Assembly (NCBI GenBank): GCA_000182565.2
Contig: KQ257452.1
From: Spizellomyces punctatus DAOM BR117
Taxonomy: Eukaryota
DNA: 64,000 nt
Strand: one strand, 5' to 3'
In this document: piece after piece, positions 25,194 through 38,613 of the stretch
Position numbering within the stretch: the stretch's first letter is position 1
Layout: each line of letters begins with the position of its first letter
Program-made: the position numbers and the translations under genes
Notes under the pieces: generated by a model
Databases searched by the model: none
What the model was told of the DNA's origin: nothing
The model's input: only the letters and a program-made list of their open reading frames with translations

Positions 25194-26126
25194 CATATTA
25201 TTTCTAGTTGCTACATATTAAACCGGAGGTACGGTCCCTCTAGCGGCCGCGCGGGACGGATGCTTAAGAGTAATATAGACCGCATGCGCGGCACCTGTTA
25301 ACCAAGGATCATCAGCCACAAAAAGAAACACTAACAAAAGCACTGCTGCATAAAACACACCAGGTATGTATCCTGTATAAACATATGATGGACAAGCAAT
25401 AGTTGTTAGTTATGAACCTCGATCCTACATGGTGAATACGTACCTAAAATGGTGAGCAAAACTGCGGTTTGACGCATTAGATACAAGCTTTTAACAAAAT
25501 GTCACAATCTCATGTAATATCTTACCACTATAATGTTTTTGGATTTCATGGAGGAAAACATCTTGAATCAACAAAAAATCGTTCCAAACGATAATCGCCG
25601 TTGATATACACTCACTTTATCCAAAAATCTGCAGCGCAACCTCGTTTCAGGAAAACAGCCAACGGAGGCAAGAAGAGGGAGATCAGAATGTTGCAAAGGT
25701 CAGCGCAGGTTCCCATGATGTTTTGTCGTTAAGTGTTATGTCGAGTCGTCTTCTAAAGTATGATCGGAGGGGCCCCCTAACCTTGCTTCCGCTTTTATAT
25801 GCGGTGAACATCGTGCGTCATCATCGCTAGTTTCATGTTGCCACGCACGTATCGAACTCCTACACTATTAATCATTGGAACTGCCATTGCAACCACACAG
25901 TTAACGTGACTTGAGAGATGCAGTCAGTGACTATATGCATTTGATTGAGTTAATGCATTGTAACCTGATTAACAGTGTAGGAGTGGTAATGGAACGTTCC
26001 GATGATCACACAGCCATAGCCGTTGGAAATTGACGGTTGGATTGAAATTGTGGTAAATGAAGGTAAATGAAGGGTGATATAATTTCTATTTACATGTTTG
26101 CTAGCTAGTACTATAAGTAATAAACA

Positions 26127-29100
26127 CTATTCACTCTGTAAACGCTCTACATAAGCAACAGCGGCCTGCTTGACATGCTCCACAGATTCTGGAGTACCAT
26201 GCTTCTTTTCATACTCGAGGTACTTTTTAAAGAAAAACTTCATCTTCTTTGAGGAAACCTTGAGGTTGATCACACGCTCGAAGAGTCGTCTAACGAACGG
26301 AAAGATGTTCAGCGTGGCTGTCACATTGTACACCCCATCCATTGTTTCTCACCTTATGATAGCAGCATCTCCGTTGCGCATTTCCATGTCCAAATATATA
26401 GACCATAAATCGATCCGTTTGGGATAATTGCTCATGATGCCTTCAAATATCGTTCGTCCACGTTCGGGCTCGCCGTACTTGAATTCCATTTGAGCAAACT
26501 TGCAGATCGTTTTCACATCTGCGCGGTAAGGTAAGAAGAACCGTACTCCTAAAGTCAATGATCAATTGCATCTACATACGTTTTCGCTTAGGAAGACTCT
26601 GTAAGCTTCGCTGAAGAATTCGGCGGGCGTCTTCCACTTTGCCTCGTCTAAGTTGATAAAGACCGTATGACGTCCAGATCTTTGAGCTCGTGTTGAACTT
26701 CTTTGTCATAACCTGGTGCAACTGATTTGCAAGCTGTAATGGGATCACGAAGAGTGAATAAACGAGCATTCCCACATATAGTACAGGATATGGAAAGTCT
26801 GCAACTTACATCCCACTTTTCGGTACGTTCATAAATCCGAACGAGATGAATGTACACTGCCTTTGGATTATTCATCGCTACCGCCCGCTCAAAAACTTTC
26901 AACAAACTCTCCTGAGTGCCGTACGTGTTCTCCAGATTCATAAGTGCCACCCAAACGTTCATTTTCTCCTGTTCCTCTCGGAAACTGATCGTCTTCAATG
27001 CTCGCTCAGCTACTTCCCGTGCTTTCTCAATTTCGGCTAGTTGGAGCTGGAAAGCCATGAACTTGATCCACAGGAACGAGCTGTTGGGAGATCCAAGTAA
27101 CAAACGCTCAAAGTCTTCCGCTAATTCCGGTGGCTTGTCACCCTCAAGCAAGGATTGTTCCTTTTCTGCAATGCGTTCTTCTTCTTCGCGCTTCGCACGC
27201 TGTTTCGCACGGCGAGATTTCTTTTTCGCGGCTTTTTCTTCCGCGTCCTCAGCATCACTTTCGGACTCTGGCTCTTCCTCTCCTGCAGAAGCTTCTGCTC
27301 CATCCCAGTCGAATCCACCAATGTCCAAGGGAGCAGTACCGTCTTCATTATCATCGTCATCACTCTCTTCATCATCATATCCTGAATATGCCCCGTCGGC
27401 TTCATCTTCCTCATCATCCTCAGCTTCTTCGTCCTCCTCGCTATCGACATGCTCATCGTCCACGTCCATTGCGTTAGCATCTTCATCCTCCCCAACGACG
27501 TTGTCAACGTCCATTGCATCAGCCGGCTCATTGTCGTCCGTGTCCATCTCATCAAAGTAAGACGCTTTTAAACCGAGAGACAATTTTTTCTTCTCCAGGT
27601 CGACTTTGAGTACAACAGCCTTCACAGGATCTCCCACAGAGTAGAGTTTCTCAATCATATTCACCGGATTATCAGACAATTCTGACTTGTGGCATAGGCC
27701 ACTGAGGGAACTGTGAGCGAGTTGAATAAAGACACCGTATTCAGCAATCTTCTTTACAGTCCCCTTCACTTTTTGACCCTGCTCAATATTACTCCAGGTG
27801 TACATCTGCGGATTGGCGTCGGGATCCACAACACTCTGCTTCATAGACATTTCGATACGGTTTACCGCAGGGTTGACAGCGACGATCCTTCCTCGGACGA
27901 GCTGCCCTACCTTGAAAGCCGACTGCCAGTCTTTGATGAACGCGTCAGAGAGCTCGCTAATTTTTACTCTGGCAGCCAAATGGCGATTGAGAGCGACGAA
28001 CAGTCCCCCAGACCCGACACTCCGCACATATCCGCTGACCACTGTATCATTCTTGATGTGGGCGATATCTTTGACCTCTGGATCAGAGACATCCTCGGCC
28101 ACATTCTTCAGACGCGACTCCCGCAAAGACAAGTCAAGCTGATTCTTTTCTCGGGTCACACCAATCACGCAACATTGAACAATCCTTCCGGGTTGGAAAC
28201 CTGCAAGTGGCTCTTTTTGGTACGTATCGCTGAGGTCGGTCAGATGGACTCGTCCATATAGCGACGAAGACACCTGTATTGTCAACCCCTGTCCTGGTTG
28301 CAAAAGTGTAATACGGCCATGGAGCAGTTGACCGACTTTCACAGTGTCCAAAGTGATGAGAGACTCGGGAGTAGGTTCACACAAGGAAAGGTCAAGAGTA
28401 CTTTTCTCCGCATTCTTCTTCTGGACCCAACAACGCACTGCAGTCCCAGGCGGGAAATGCTTTTGAGGTTTCCGTAGAACACTGGGATCCGGATGTGTTA
28501 ACAAATGAGCTCGGCCGAGCAATGATGGGCTGATGTGGATCCAAAGAGCATCATCATCGACACTTTGCACAATACCAATATATTCAGTTCCAACCGTAAC
28601 GTTGTCGAGGGTCGATGGAGCCTTTGAGGCATCCGTGAGCTCAAAGTCAGGTACTGCCATATCAGATGGCTTCACAGTCAGCTCAACGGCCGTCTGAGAA
28701 ACAGGCTTACGGTGACTGAAGGGGAGGGTCCGATGCGTCTTGACGTCATGGAAACCGATGACTTTGCAATCAATGATTTCACCAACTTTGAAGTGTCGCA
28801 GAGGGTGCTTGGGGTCCGCAATGTCGGCAAGGTTATCGCTTACTTGCGTGCCATGTATTCTGCCTTTTAAGTTGGCACCAAGAGAAATGTTAACCTGGGT
28901 GTCCTTTATTGAAGTGATCTTCCCTTTGACTCGTGCGCCAAGGGTGTAGTCGTCAAGCCTGCGGAAATTAGGGTCAACAGAATTTTTCACCGTCCGCTGT
29001 GCATCGAGAAGATCCTTTGGCTGATCGTTCTCCGGTATCGGCACAACTAGGAACTTTTGCTTGAGAAATCCATCCATTTTGCTGTCTGGCTGAGCTTCAG

Positions 29101-32100
29101 GTAAAGCTGTAATCGTAACCTTAAGTTGCTGCCCGACTCTGAACTTGGTAAATGGTGTTCCAGGAGAATTCAGATTCTTGGCAAGGGCGAAAGCAACGGC
29201 ATTGTGGATAGCCGGCAGAGTCAAGATTCCATAGTCCTCCTTGACAATCTGAACGACCGCGTCCACTATGGTTCCTTTGTCAAATGCAGCCTTGACCTGG
29301 GATAGCGTACCGATTAAAAACAAATGAGGGGCAGACAATATACAGCGATAGATAGCATACCTTTTTGGACGTAGCCGCATCAATATTCTCCTTGTCCGTG
29401 TTGGTGTCATCTTCAGACGCGACGATGAGATCCACAATACGCCGCTCTGCATTGACATCTACAATCTTTCCGTTGACGCTAGTACCAACATTCAATATCG
29501 TTCCCTTCGGGGTGTTCGTAATCAGTCCCGACACTCCGTCCTTGAGATCTACAATAACACCGTAGGGCATCTGCTTTTTCACGGTGCCCACCACTTTTCC
29601 GCCAAGACGGAAGCGACCAGCCCAATCACGGATACTCTTGGAAGTGTCTTTCGCGGTCTTTCCAAATTGCAGGAGATCTTGCTCTCGGAACAAGGATCGT
29701 AGTAGTGCGGTCTCAAAGACCTTTGAAGCATCCGATTTTGCACAGTGCGAATGTTTGAGGCTGACTTCGACGCGACGGCTCTCGACATCCACATTCGTTA
29801 TTGCGACAAGGACAGTTTGACCGACTTTCAGGAAATCAGAAGGATTTGCCACGAATCGATCAGAGATGTTCTGCAATTGTTACCCGCACATTAAAAGATA
29901 GACAACGGTGGTTACTAAACACGAAATGAGCTTACATGAAGCTTCGCCATGCCGACTAAATCACCCAGTAACCCAACGAAACACGCCTTTTCTGTTATGT
30001 TTTTGACGTATCCAGGGACGACCATTCCTTCCTTGTAATCTTCAAAAGTAGGAACGCTGTTGTGGCGGCCAATTTCATCAACTAGCAGACCTTTCATGGA
30101 GACGACTACATGGCCCTTCTTGGTATCCTTTCCAAGGACTACCAAGTTAGATAGTGAATCTCCTTCACGTAATGTTTTGAACAGCTTGTCCGCAGTCACG
30201 GGGTGATCTGTGAGGTGCGCCTTGGTCAAGTAACCCCGAACAAGTGAAGGCTTAAGCTCAATTAAGACACCATCTGGGAGTACACTGATGATCTTCCCAC
30301 TGACAGTATCCCCAATATTGACGGCATCTAAACTGAGAGATCCTTGTGGACCTTTGCCAAGCAGCTTGATGCTTACACGCATTTTCTCATCTTCAACATC
30401 CACCGAAATGACACGACATTTCACAACTTGTCCGACTGTAAACAATTTCGACGGGTCTTCCACGAACTTTTCGCTGAGCTCAGGCAATGGGGCCAGCGCC
30501 CGCACTCCATTGTAGAAGGATACAATACATCCAAAGGTTTTCACGCTGCTGATGACACCATGGACGAGGTCCCCGACTTTCGCATCAGCATATGACAAGA
30601 TTCGAGGTAGATTGGAGCTCATCAAAGTCTTCTTGTGTGTCAAAATGACGCGCTTCTCCTTGACGTCGACTGACAAGACTTGACACTTTATGGGCGCCCC
30701 TATCTTGAACATCTTCTCTGGATTGCTGAGGTTGATGTCGGAGAGGTGATTCTTGGGGCAAAGGCCATTGATTGTGCTCGACAGCGCCACGATCATGCCC
30801 GCCGGAGTCAGCTTGACCACTTGGCCCTTCACTGTCATACCAGGTTTGATATCTGAATGCCGCATGAAACGTTGCTCCAAAATGCTTTTCTGGAAGGTGA
30901 GTTGCAGTAATCCATCGCAATAATCAAATCCAAGAACCCTTCCGCGATGCTTAGAACCAAGCTTGAATTTCTTTTCTATTTTGTCGATTGGGCTGTCTGA
31001 CAGGCGAGATATGTGTGTATATCCGAGCCCATATGTAGGGTGCTCTACTAACACACCCACTTTTGCATCGATACGTGCGATGGTCAAGTCCTCGACGATA
31101 CTGCCGACGTCGATAACGGATTGCGGAGGAAATTGATAAGGAACGCTGTCAAGGAGATGGGGTGCAAGAGTCAATGCTATCTTTTTCCTACTGGCGCTGA
31201 TGTAAAGTATTCGCGCCCGGACTTTCTGGCCCGCTTTGTAGTGCGCGTTCAGGTCTTCCTCTGGATTTCTGACGACAAATCCCGCGTGAGCCATGTTGAC
31301 TGTCCCCTCAAGGACGCCCAAGAAAGTGAGCAGTAAGCCATTGCCCAAAACCGCCTTGATTTTTGTATTGACAAGAGCGCCAGCCTTCAGCGTATCGAAC
31401 CCGGCGGCGTGACTCGCTGGGATCACGGATTTCGTTAGGCCGGCAGAATCCAAAGTGACGGAAACTACTCGACGCGTATCATCAATCTTTAAAACTCCAC
31501 CGTACACCAGCTGCCCTACTTTCAACGGCCGTCCTCCGTTCCTTTCAGATATGTAGGTATTTGCGTTCTTTCGAAGAAGAAACCCGGAAATCCCCCCAAT
31601 GCCAAATGATAAAATGTATCCATGGTCCTCCTCACTCGTGATTGTAGCTGGTAGCATGAACCCCTCTACAAGATCTCCTGTAGATAGGTTTGCATTCACC
31701 GCTTCCGGTTTCAACGATAGAGCCACACGTCTTTTTCCCGATGCTTTATCTGCTCCCTCTTCCCCGGCCCCTGTATCATGCTCGAGATCTGTGACTACAC
31801 AGGAAACAACTTGCCCGATCGAGAACAAGTCCTTAAGCTCGGGAAGGGGTGACTCATCATCTCCACTCTCTTCGTCATCGCCGACAGCCTTCTGAAGCTG
31901 AGCGGTTATTGCGTCAGAGATCTCAGTTATAGAAACATAACCGGTGAGTTGCCCTGGGAGCGACACTGCTAAATCCAGCTCGTTGATCTCCTTGACACAG
32001 CCCAATAAGCTCATTCCGACGTCAAGGCGCTTGAATGACAGAGTTTCGGCGAAGGAGGTATCGTCCGTCCGCGACTTTTTGGATCCCAATTCGCCATTGT

Positions 32101-32511
32101 TGGATTCATCCTCGGCTCTTCGTCTCTTCTTTTTCTGCTTTGGCTTTTCCTCCGTTTCGGTTTGCTTTCATACCCAGAAGGTAAGAGATTTGAACAATAC
32201 AGAGCTGCTCGAATACAACCTACCTCAAATAGAATATCCTTTCTCGCTTGATCGGTGACATCACGATATTCTAGAGGTGTAAGAGCAGAAGCTCCCCCTC
32301 GCGGAAAATATTCTTCCGTGGCAGCAACTTCGCCATGACTGTCCTTTGGAGCCTTCTGGTCTCCTACATGATTCTCGGCAGGTGCCCGCTGTTCCAACTT
32401 CTTTTTCTTACCGGAGGAACTAGCCGCCGCTGGTGTCGCTGGTGTTTGCTTTTGCGGGGTGCTGCTCGTCTTTCGCTTCTTGGTGTCTGAGGCTGATTTG
32501 ACCGGTGCCAT
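26127..32511 (-). CDS. RRP5: rRNA biogenesis protein Rrp5 (S1 repeats plus C-terminal HAT/TPR)
   Basis: FPRGGASALTPLE, multiple S1 domains, DFERLLLGSPNSSFLWIKFMAFQLQL, EPERGRTIFEGI..YPKRIDLW, KKMKFFFKKYLEYEK. Confidence 0.96.
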
Positions 32512-32672
32512 GATAGTCTGGGCAAGACCTTCAAATGATACGAAGGTAGCTCTTATACACCGTATCTGGCCCCGGAGATGTGTTTTTTGCTCTGGTTGTT
32601 GACTAGATAGGAGGAACTGTTGAAACTCCTTTCTAGTCAATGACCTTGAAGAGGGACTGAACGCAGTTCGTC

Positions 32673-32699
32673 AAAAAAATTTCAGATATCTGATTGGCT
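32673..32699. promoter_or_regulatory. RRPE-like element, 12-bp palindrome and CCAAT box in the RRP5/PHO13 divergent promoter
   Basis: Minus-strand TGAAATTTTTTT (32673-32684), palindrome TCAGATATCTGA (32682-32693), adjacent ATTGG. Confidence 0.35.
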
Positions 32700-32812
32700 A
32701 ATACAGCGCGTTATTGGAGAGTTTCGAGGCAGCCATTTCACACACGAAGAGATTGGCTCATTTGCGAGGAGGAAGAGCAACGAGTGAGCCAACCACAAAA
32801 AGCAAAACGAAC

Positions 32813-34145
32813 ATGGCAAAGGAACTGAATTCAAAAGAGGAGATTGAAGCATTCATTGATTCGATCGATACATTTCTACTGGATTGCGATGGTACTAGAG
32901 GTCTCAGTAGACGGCATGTCGTCGCCTTGCCCTCAACCTTGCTTGGCCCCGGATTTAGGTGTCATTTGGTCTGGGAATCACGTAATAGACGGTGTGCAAG
33001 AAGTTCTCGACTTGCTTCGGGCAAAGGTACATGAAATATCTGATAATTTGCACCAAGTGGTAATTATCACTGACGGCATTATGCAGGGAAAACGCCTGCT
33101 CTTCGTAACAAACAACAGCACAAAATCGCGAGCTGCATATTTAAAAAAGTTTGCGTCCCTCCATATAAACGCTTCAGTCGTAAGAAGAAAATATTTTTCA
33201 AAAATGCATATTTGGCAATATTCCTAACCTGTCCAACCTGTCTTCGTGTAAGGATGAGATTTTTGGGTCATCTTATGCTGCGGCATATTACATTGCCAAC
33301 GTTCTCAATTTCCCGAAAGACAAGAAGGTTTATGTCATTGGCATGAGCGGTATACGGGAGGAACTGGCATCGGAGGGTATTAGATATGCGGGTGCCGAGG
33401 TACGGTTGGCATTTTCGACTGTTATACAGTGGTCGATTTTTGGGTTTTAACGGCTTTGTTAGGATGACAATGAAAATCTTGCGGACATGAGTCTGATGTC
33501 GTCAATCCATCCCGATCCAGAGATTGGTGCCGTTCTACTGGGCTTCGACCTCAACATTAACTACAAAAAGCTCGCAAAAGCTTTTACATATCTTCATGCC
33601 GACGACCAGTGTCATTTCTTGGCTACGAATAGTGATCTGACTTTCCCTGCTGGAGGGACTGTTTATCCCGGTACCGGAGCCCTACTTGCTGCTTTGGCTG
33701 CTCCATTAGAACGCAAGCCTCTGGTTCTAGGTAAACCGCACCAGCCAATGCTGGATGTCATAGTGGCCAAGTATGCACGCGTCCCTAAAGTTAGTATGGA
33801 CGATGAGAATATCGCTCAATAACATATGACATGAACAGGTACCACCTTAACAAGGATAGAACATGTATGATTGGAGATAGGTGAGTTTCATGCGAGCGGC
33901 ACACAGTTTGGCATCGTTCGCTGAGTGACGCCATCCACAGACTAGATACAGATATTGAATTTGGGAAGAAGGGCGGGTTAAAGACTCTACTAGTCATGAC
34001 CGGTAAATGCACGTCATTGACTTGCGTCACACTGCAGCCATCTTCTCATAAACCTTGCGTAGGTGTAACGAATCCCGATAAATTAAAGCGATCCCCTATT
34101 CAACCAGACTGCTATATATCCAGTCTTGGATGGTTGAGGCCGTAG
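32813..34145 (+). CDS. PHO13: HAD class IIA 4-nitrophenylphosphatase / phosphoglycolate phosphatase
   Basis: FLLDCDGVIW, LFVTNNSTKSR, FLATNSD, PGTGAL, GKPH, MIGDRLDTDIEFG..GGLKTLLVMTGV. Confidence 0.92.
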
Positions 34146-34286
34146 ATAGATACATCACAGTAGATATGCGGCTTCGTATAGGACATGGATATAGTGTATT
34201 TGCACTGCAATGATTCAGGCATAGAAACATTCCGGACAGCAATTGTATTATAGACACTGAATTAAATCCCGATTGTAACATACATG

Positions 34287-36138
34287 TTATTTCTTTTTGC
34301 CTTTTCCTTTCACCTTGGCGCCTTTTTTCGCTGTGTTTGTCTATTTAAGACGCAAGAGTTAGACTTCCTGCAAAAGTAAGATGCTCGAAAAGACTCGCCT
34401 TTCTTTTTTTAAGTAAGTCCCTTCGGACTCTGTAGCCTCGGAACCAGGCCTGAATCCGTACCGCGGCATGCATCTGACGCCTTAGTTCCTTCTCTCGTTC
34501 CTACTCAATTCCACAGCGGTTAGCGCGATGGACGGATATCGCAGATGAGACTAACTATCTTGCCTTTTCTTTCTCTTCCTCAACACGCCGCTCTTCCATA
34601 ATTGCCTCATACTCCTTTCTCAACTCAGAGTGTCTTGCTGTGAGCTCGTCGAGCTGAGCTTTTTCTTCAAGATATATAGCCTAGTGGCAAAACCTGTTCA
34701 ATCAGAAATGTATTTCAAAACGTCTCGGGTGGAAGGACCTGGGTACCGTAATATCCTCAAGTTCAGTTTGTTTTTCGTCCATGTCTTGATCGTACTTGTG
34801 TATCCAGTTCTCGACTTCGGATTCAATCTTAAACTTTCGTTTGCGGAGTTGGGCTTCTTCTTCTCCATTCCGTTTGACGAGTTCTTCCAATTGTGATTTA
34901 AGATTGGTAGTTTCCTGCTTTAACGCAGTTTCCTGTAGAAATAGTTGGTCAGCATCTTTAAAGGACATGGTGGGCTAGTTGCAGCGTCCCCTACCCTATC
35001 CCGGAACTGCTGTATATCTGAGTCCTCCTTTTGCTTAGAACGAGCTTCGAGTCGCTTTGTTGTTTCCTCTGCCTGTTGTTTAATCTCACGCAGCTCCTCT
35101 GCCGAATGGGTATTCGGATGAGCGGTTATATTCGTGTGCAAGCTTTGGGCGTTTTTTGCGTACCTTTCAGTCGTCGAATGATTTCGTTTTTCTTGTTAAT
35201 ATCAGTGGTCCTCTCCTTCCTGGCTTTGTCGAGCTCTTCCCGCAGAGCTTTGACTTCATTGCTGGTCTGCAGGTGTACAATGTGAGTTCCAAATTTCAGC
35301 AATGATCACAAGAGCAAATACAATGGACCTTCTGTTCCTTCGCAATGATAATGGAAAGTTGATCTTGCTTCGCCCTCTCTTCCTCCACTGTTGTCCCTAA
35401 CCGCTCATATACCAGCATTTTCACCTCCTGCAGCAACTGCTCAAATTTAGCAACTGAAGGAAGCTTGGTGGATTTGAGGTATCGTAGTTTGCTTGTCGCC
35501 GCTGGATTCTGGAGAAAATGACGGACGAGCGACCTTGTTGCTTGGCGGATTTGCCGGGAGGTATCTTTCAACTCAGACTGAGTACGGAGGACGTAAGGTT
35601 CAATTTGCTGCATCATATTGCACATGGACTACGCTATGAAGTATACCCACCGCCACAGAGACCCTGTTCGGGCTGTCATCTTCGTTGCTTTCTAGCAGTG
35701 CATTGTACTTGTCCTCCAATTGACGAATTTCCTAAGATTATGAGCTGTAGCAACTGTCATTAAGTCGCGACAATAAATACCTCAGATCCCCATCAGCCTA
35801 CTTACTGTAATTGCTGTAAAAGTGTCTCCACTAAAGACAGTGGCCATACGGCGGTCCATAACGTCCGGTAGGAGGCCTACGAGCTGCACTTTGCGCTGAG
35901 CTTCCACCAGTACAGACATAATTCGCTGTGCTTCGACATTTGTGAGTTTGCTGGAGAAACCGGTATTATCGGTTGATGTTCCGACGGGATCTTGATTAAA
36001 GGTGCTTGGCCGAAAGGGCGTACTTTGTCGAGTCACCGAGTTGCGTCCGCTGTCCCCAGTCTCCGTTCCCAGGATTCCCCGGATCGGGGGGAGCGGGGGC
36101 TCTCTCGGAAAACTTAATGCTGGATTGATGGCAGTCAT
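34287..36138 (-). CDS. DRC10: Dynein regulatory complex protein 10 (IQCD)
   Basis: KLTNVEAQRIMSVL, LRKRKFKIESEVENWIHKYDQDM, IQ motif AAVRIQAWFRGYRVR, basic tail KGKGKKK. The start codon is uncertain. Confidence 0.85.
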
Positions 36139-36343
36139 GCCGATTGGATTTTGTGAAGGATGCAGACCTTGCACCTTTCGAGATCGGAACAAAAAGTTCG
36201 CTTATTTGGAGACACGGCGCTTATCTCACCTTCGACCCGAAATAGCTTTAAATTGAGGGACGCGCGACTAACCGTCGGGGTTAAGATATGATCAACATAC
36301 AAGTCGATTGCAGTGAACTATTTCACCAAGATAGATTGTGACC

Positions 36344-38474
36344 ATGCGTCAATTCGATCGATCAACTGTTGTCGACGAAGAGCTTCATGATTTGAAGCTT
36401 CGGTTTGAACTCTTGGGTGGGTCTGGCGATGTGGGACAAGGCATCTGGCCATGTTCACCCATGCTGCTTTCTATTTCATATAGAGGGCGACCGGAAGGCT
36501 TACTACGAAACAAGCCAATGGGCCATCCGGCAAAACAAGGAGGAGGTCAGCCAGCTTCGTATGCGAAATAAGGAGCTCAGTGATGCCATTGCCAAACTCA
36601 AAAAGGTACGCCGCACCACTGTCGCTTGGGACGGACCGTCGAATCCTGACAAAAGTTAGTTAGACAGAAGCGGATGTGCAAAGCAACCGTGCCTCCATGT
36701 CCGAATTGGAAAAGTTTGATCAAAAGATATGTGAAATGCACAAGAAATTTGATGAACTACAAGCTGAGGCTCGAGCGAAAGAGGAGAAATTGAGAGGAAT
36801 GCACGACCAGCTAGCGGATTTGCGGAGAGAGGCAGAGATTGTTAAATCAAACCTACAGGATTCGCCACAGGCTAAGGTAATCTGTGCTCGGAGATGAGCG
36901 CGATTTTCGTCAATCTAATGTCTAGCGATCAACCTACTTCTAGGAGATACGGATGTTGGAGAACAGGCTCGACAAAGCAATGATCAAGTACAACGAAGCC
37001 CAAGCCGTTCGCAAAACATACGAACAGATTGTCAAACGATTGCAAGAGGAACGCTTGACCTTTGATAACCAGCTCGCAAATTTTGAAAAAAGCTTGAAAG
37101 CCAAGAAACAGGATGCATCGGAGTTGGAGATGATGTCCAGAGATGCGAACCATGCTAAAGAGGTCGCCAAAGTATGTAAAAGATGAAGCTTTTCCCTATC
37201 GGCTTTAGATAGATATTTGACTATAGTGCCAATTTTGCTAGGCAGAATTAGCACGATTGGAGCAGCAGATCAACGAAGAGCGGAAACAGCGAGAAAAGGA
37301 TTTGCAAACTAGAAAAGAACTAGTGAAGCAAAAATTGGAGATATCCGATAAGATTGACTGGAAGGTTAGCACGAAAGGTTTTGTCTGATGGGTCTTTTGT
37401 TGCTTTACTCACCGTGATCTACAGAAGTTACAACTCGAAGACCAAACCGGTGACATGGCGATGACAGCAGAAGCCAATAAAGAACACTACGATGAGGCTC
37501 GCGAGAAAAAGATTGTAGAATACGAAGAAAACATGCGACTCATCAAGGAGGCCACTGGAGTGTCTGACATCAACGAAGTCATTGCGAAATTCCAGTCTCA
37601 GGGCGATACACACCAGCATTTATCACAACTTCAAAAAGCAAATGAAGCCCGCAATGAAGAACTAAAACGGAAGAAGAAGGAGATTTTGGCAGAATATGAG
37701 GATCTCAAGTATTCTGGCGAGGCGAAACTTGCTCATGCTAGGCGCATGATTGAGGAGATGGAGCAACACCTGGCAGAAGCAGAAGTGAAAACAGCTGAAA
37801 CAAAAGTCAAGTACGAACGAACAGCAAAATTGATGACAAATGCAAAAGCTGGTATCAATCATCTATCTGACAAGCTTGATGGTATCCACCTGGTAGGCGG
37901 TCAAGAGATACTTTTCATATTGTCTCAATCGTTGACAGACTTGAAATTTGCCATAGCCCGATACACCATCTCTGAAAATGTCAGACGAGACAGTGGTGCA
38001 AATTCTCGAAATATGCATCCGCAAGCTCGAACAGTTGGCCACTAATGTGCAAGGGAAGGAGGTGCCTGAGGTAAGGTCGGAAGAACAAGGAGGCAATTAC
38101 ATTGTCCTTAATTTTGTCCTCCAGCCTGTTGCACCGCAGCCTGTCGCACCCGCCACAGCCGGGGAAACAACGAGCATCTTCCAAATAAGTCCATCTCAAC
38201 TACCGGTATATAACACACGTGTTAAGCTTCGTCCCGTAGAGTTTGAAGAATCAAGTGGTGAGGGTAGGGACCTGAACTTTCCACAGGACCGTTTTGAAAT
38301 GAGCTTTAGATAACACATCGATGTTTAACAGATGAGGAAGAAGATGATGATTACGGTGAAGTTCCTGATCGGGAAACCATCAAGAAGCACACCGCGCAGA
38401 TGCTCAACGCCAAGCTCAAGACGAAGCAGGCAAAGAAAGGCAAAAAGAAGCGGGCAGCAAAGGATGAAGATTGA
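36344..38474 (+). CDS. CCDC151: Outer dynein arm docking complex subunit (CCDC151/ODAD3)
   Basis: LLEGDRKAYYETSQWAIRQNKEEV, RMLENRLDKAMIKYNEA, IKEATGVSDINEV, LKYSGE, YNTRVKL, VPDRETIK; coiled-coil. Confidence 0.87.
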
Positions 38475-38613
38475 AATTAATAGTAAATGTAAATGTTTCA
38501 ATATCGATCATCCCAGAGATGGTCCCGTTAATCGTTGAGGAGTCGCAGAGCAAAGATCAATTGATCATGCAATGGCCAAATTTCCCCAAATATGTACACA
38601 CAGCCTCCAGGTT

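Noticed and set aside
25775-25783. CCCTAACC as a telomerase RNA template
   Set aside because: An 8-nt match is expected by chance, and I could not build a convincing pseudoknot downstream.
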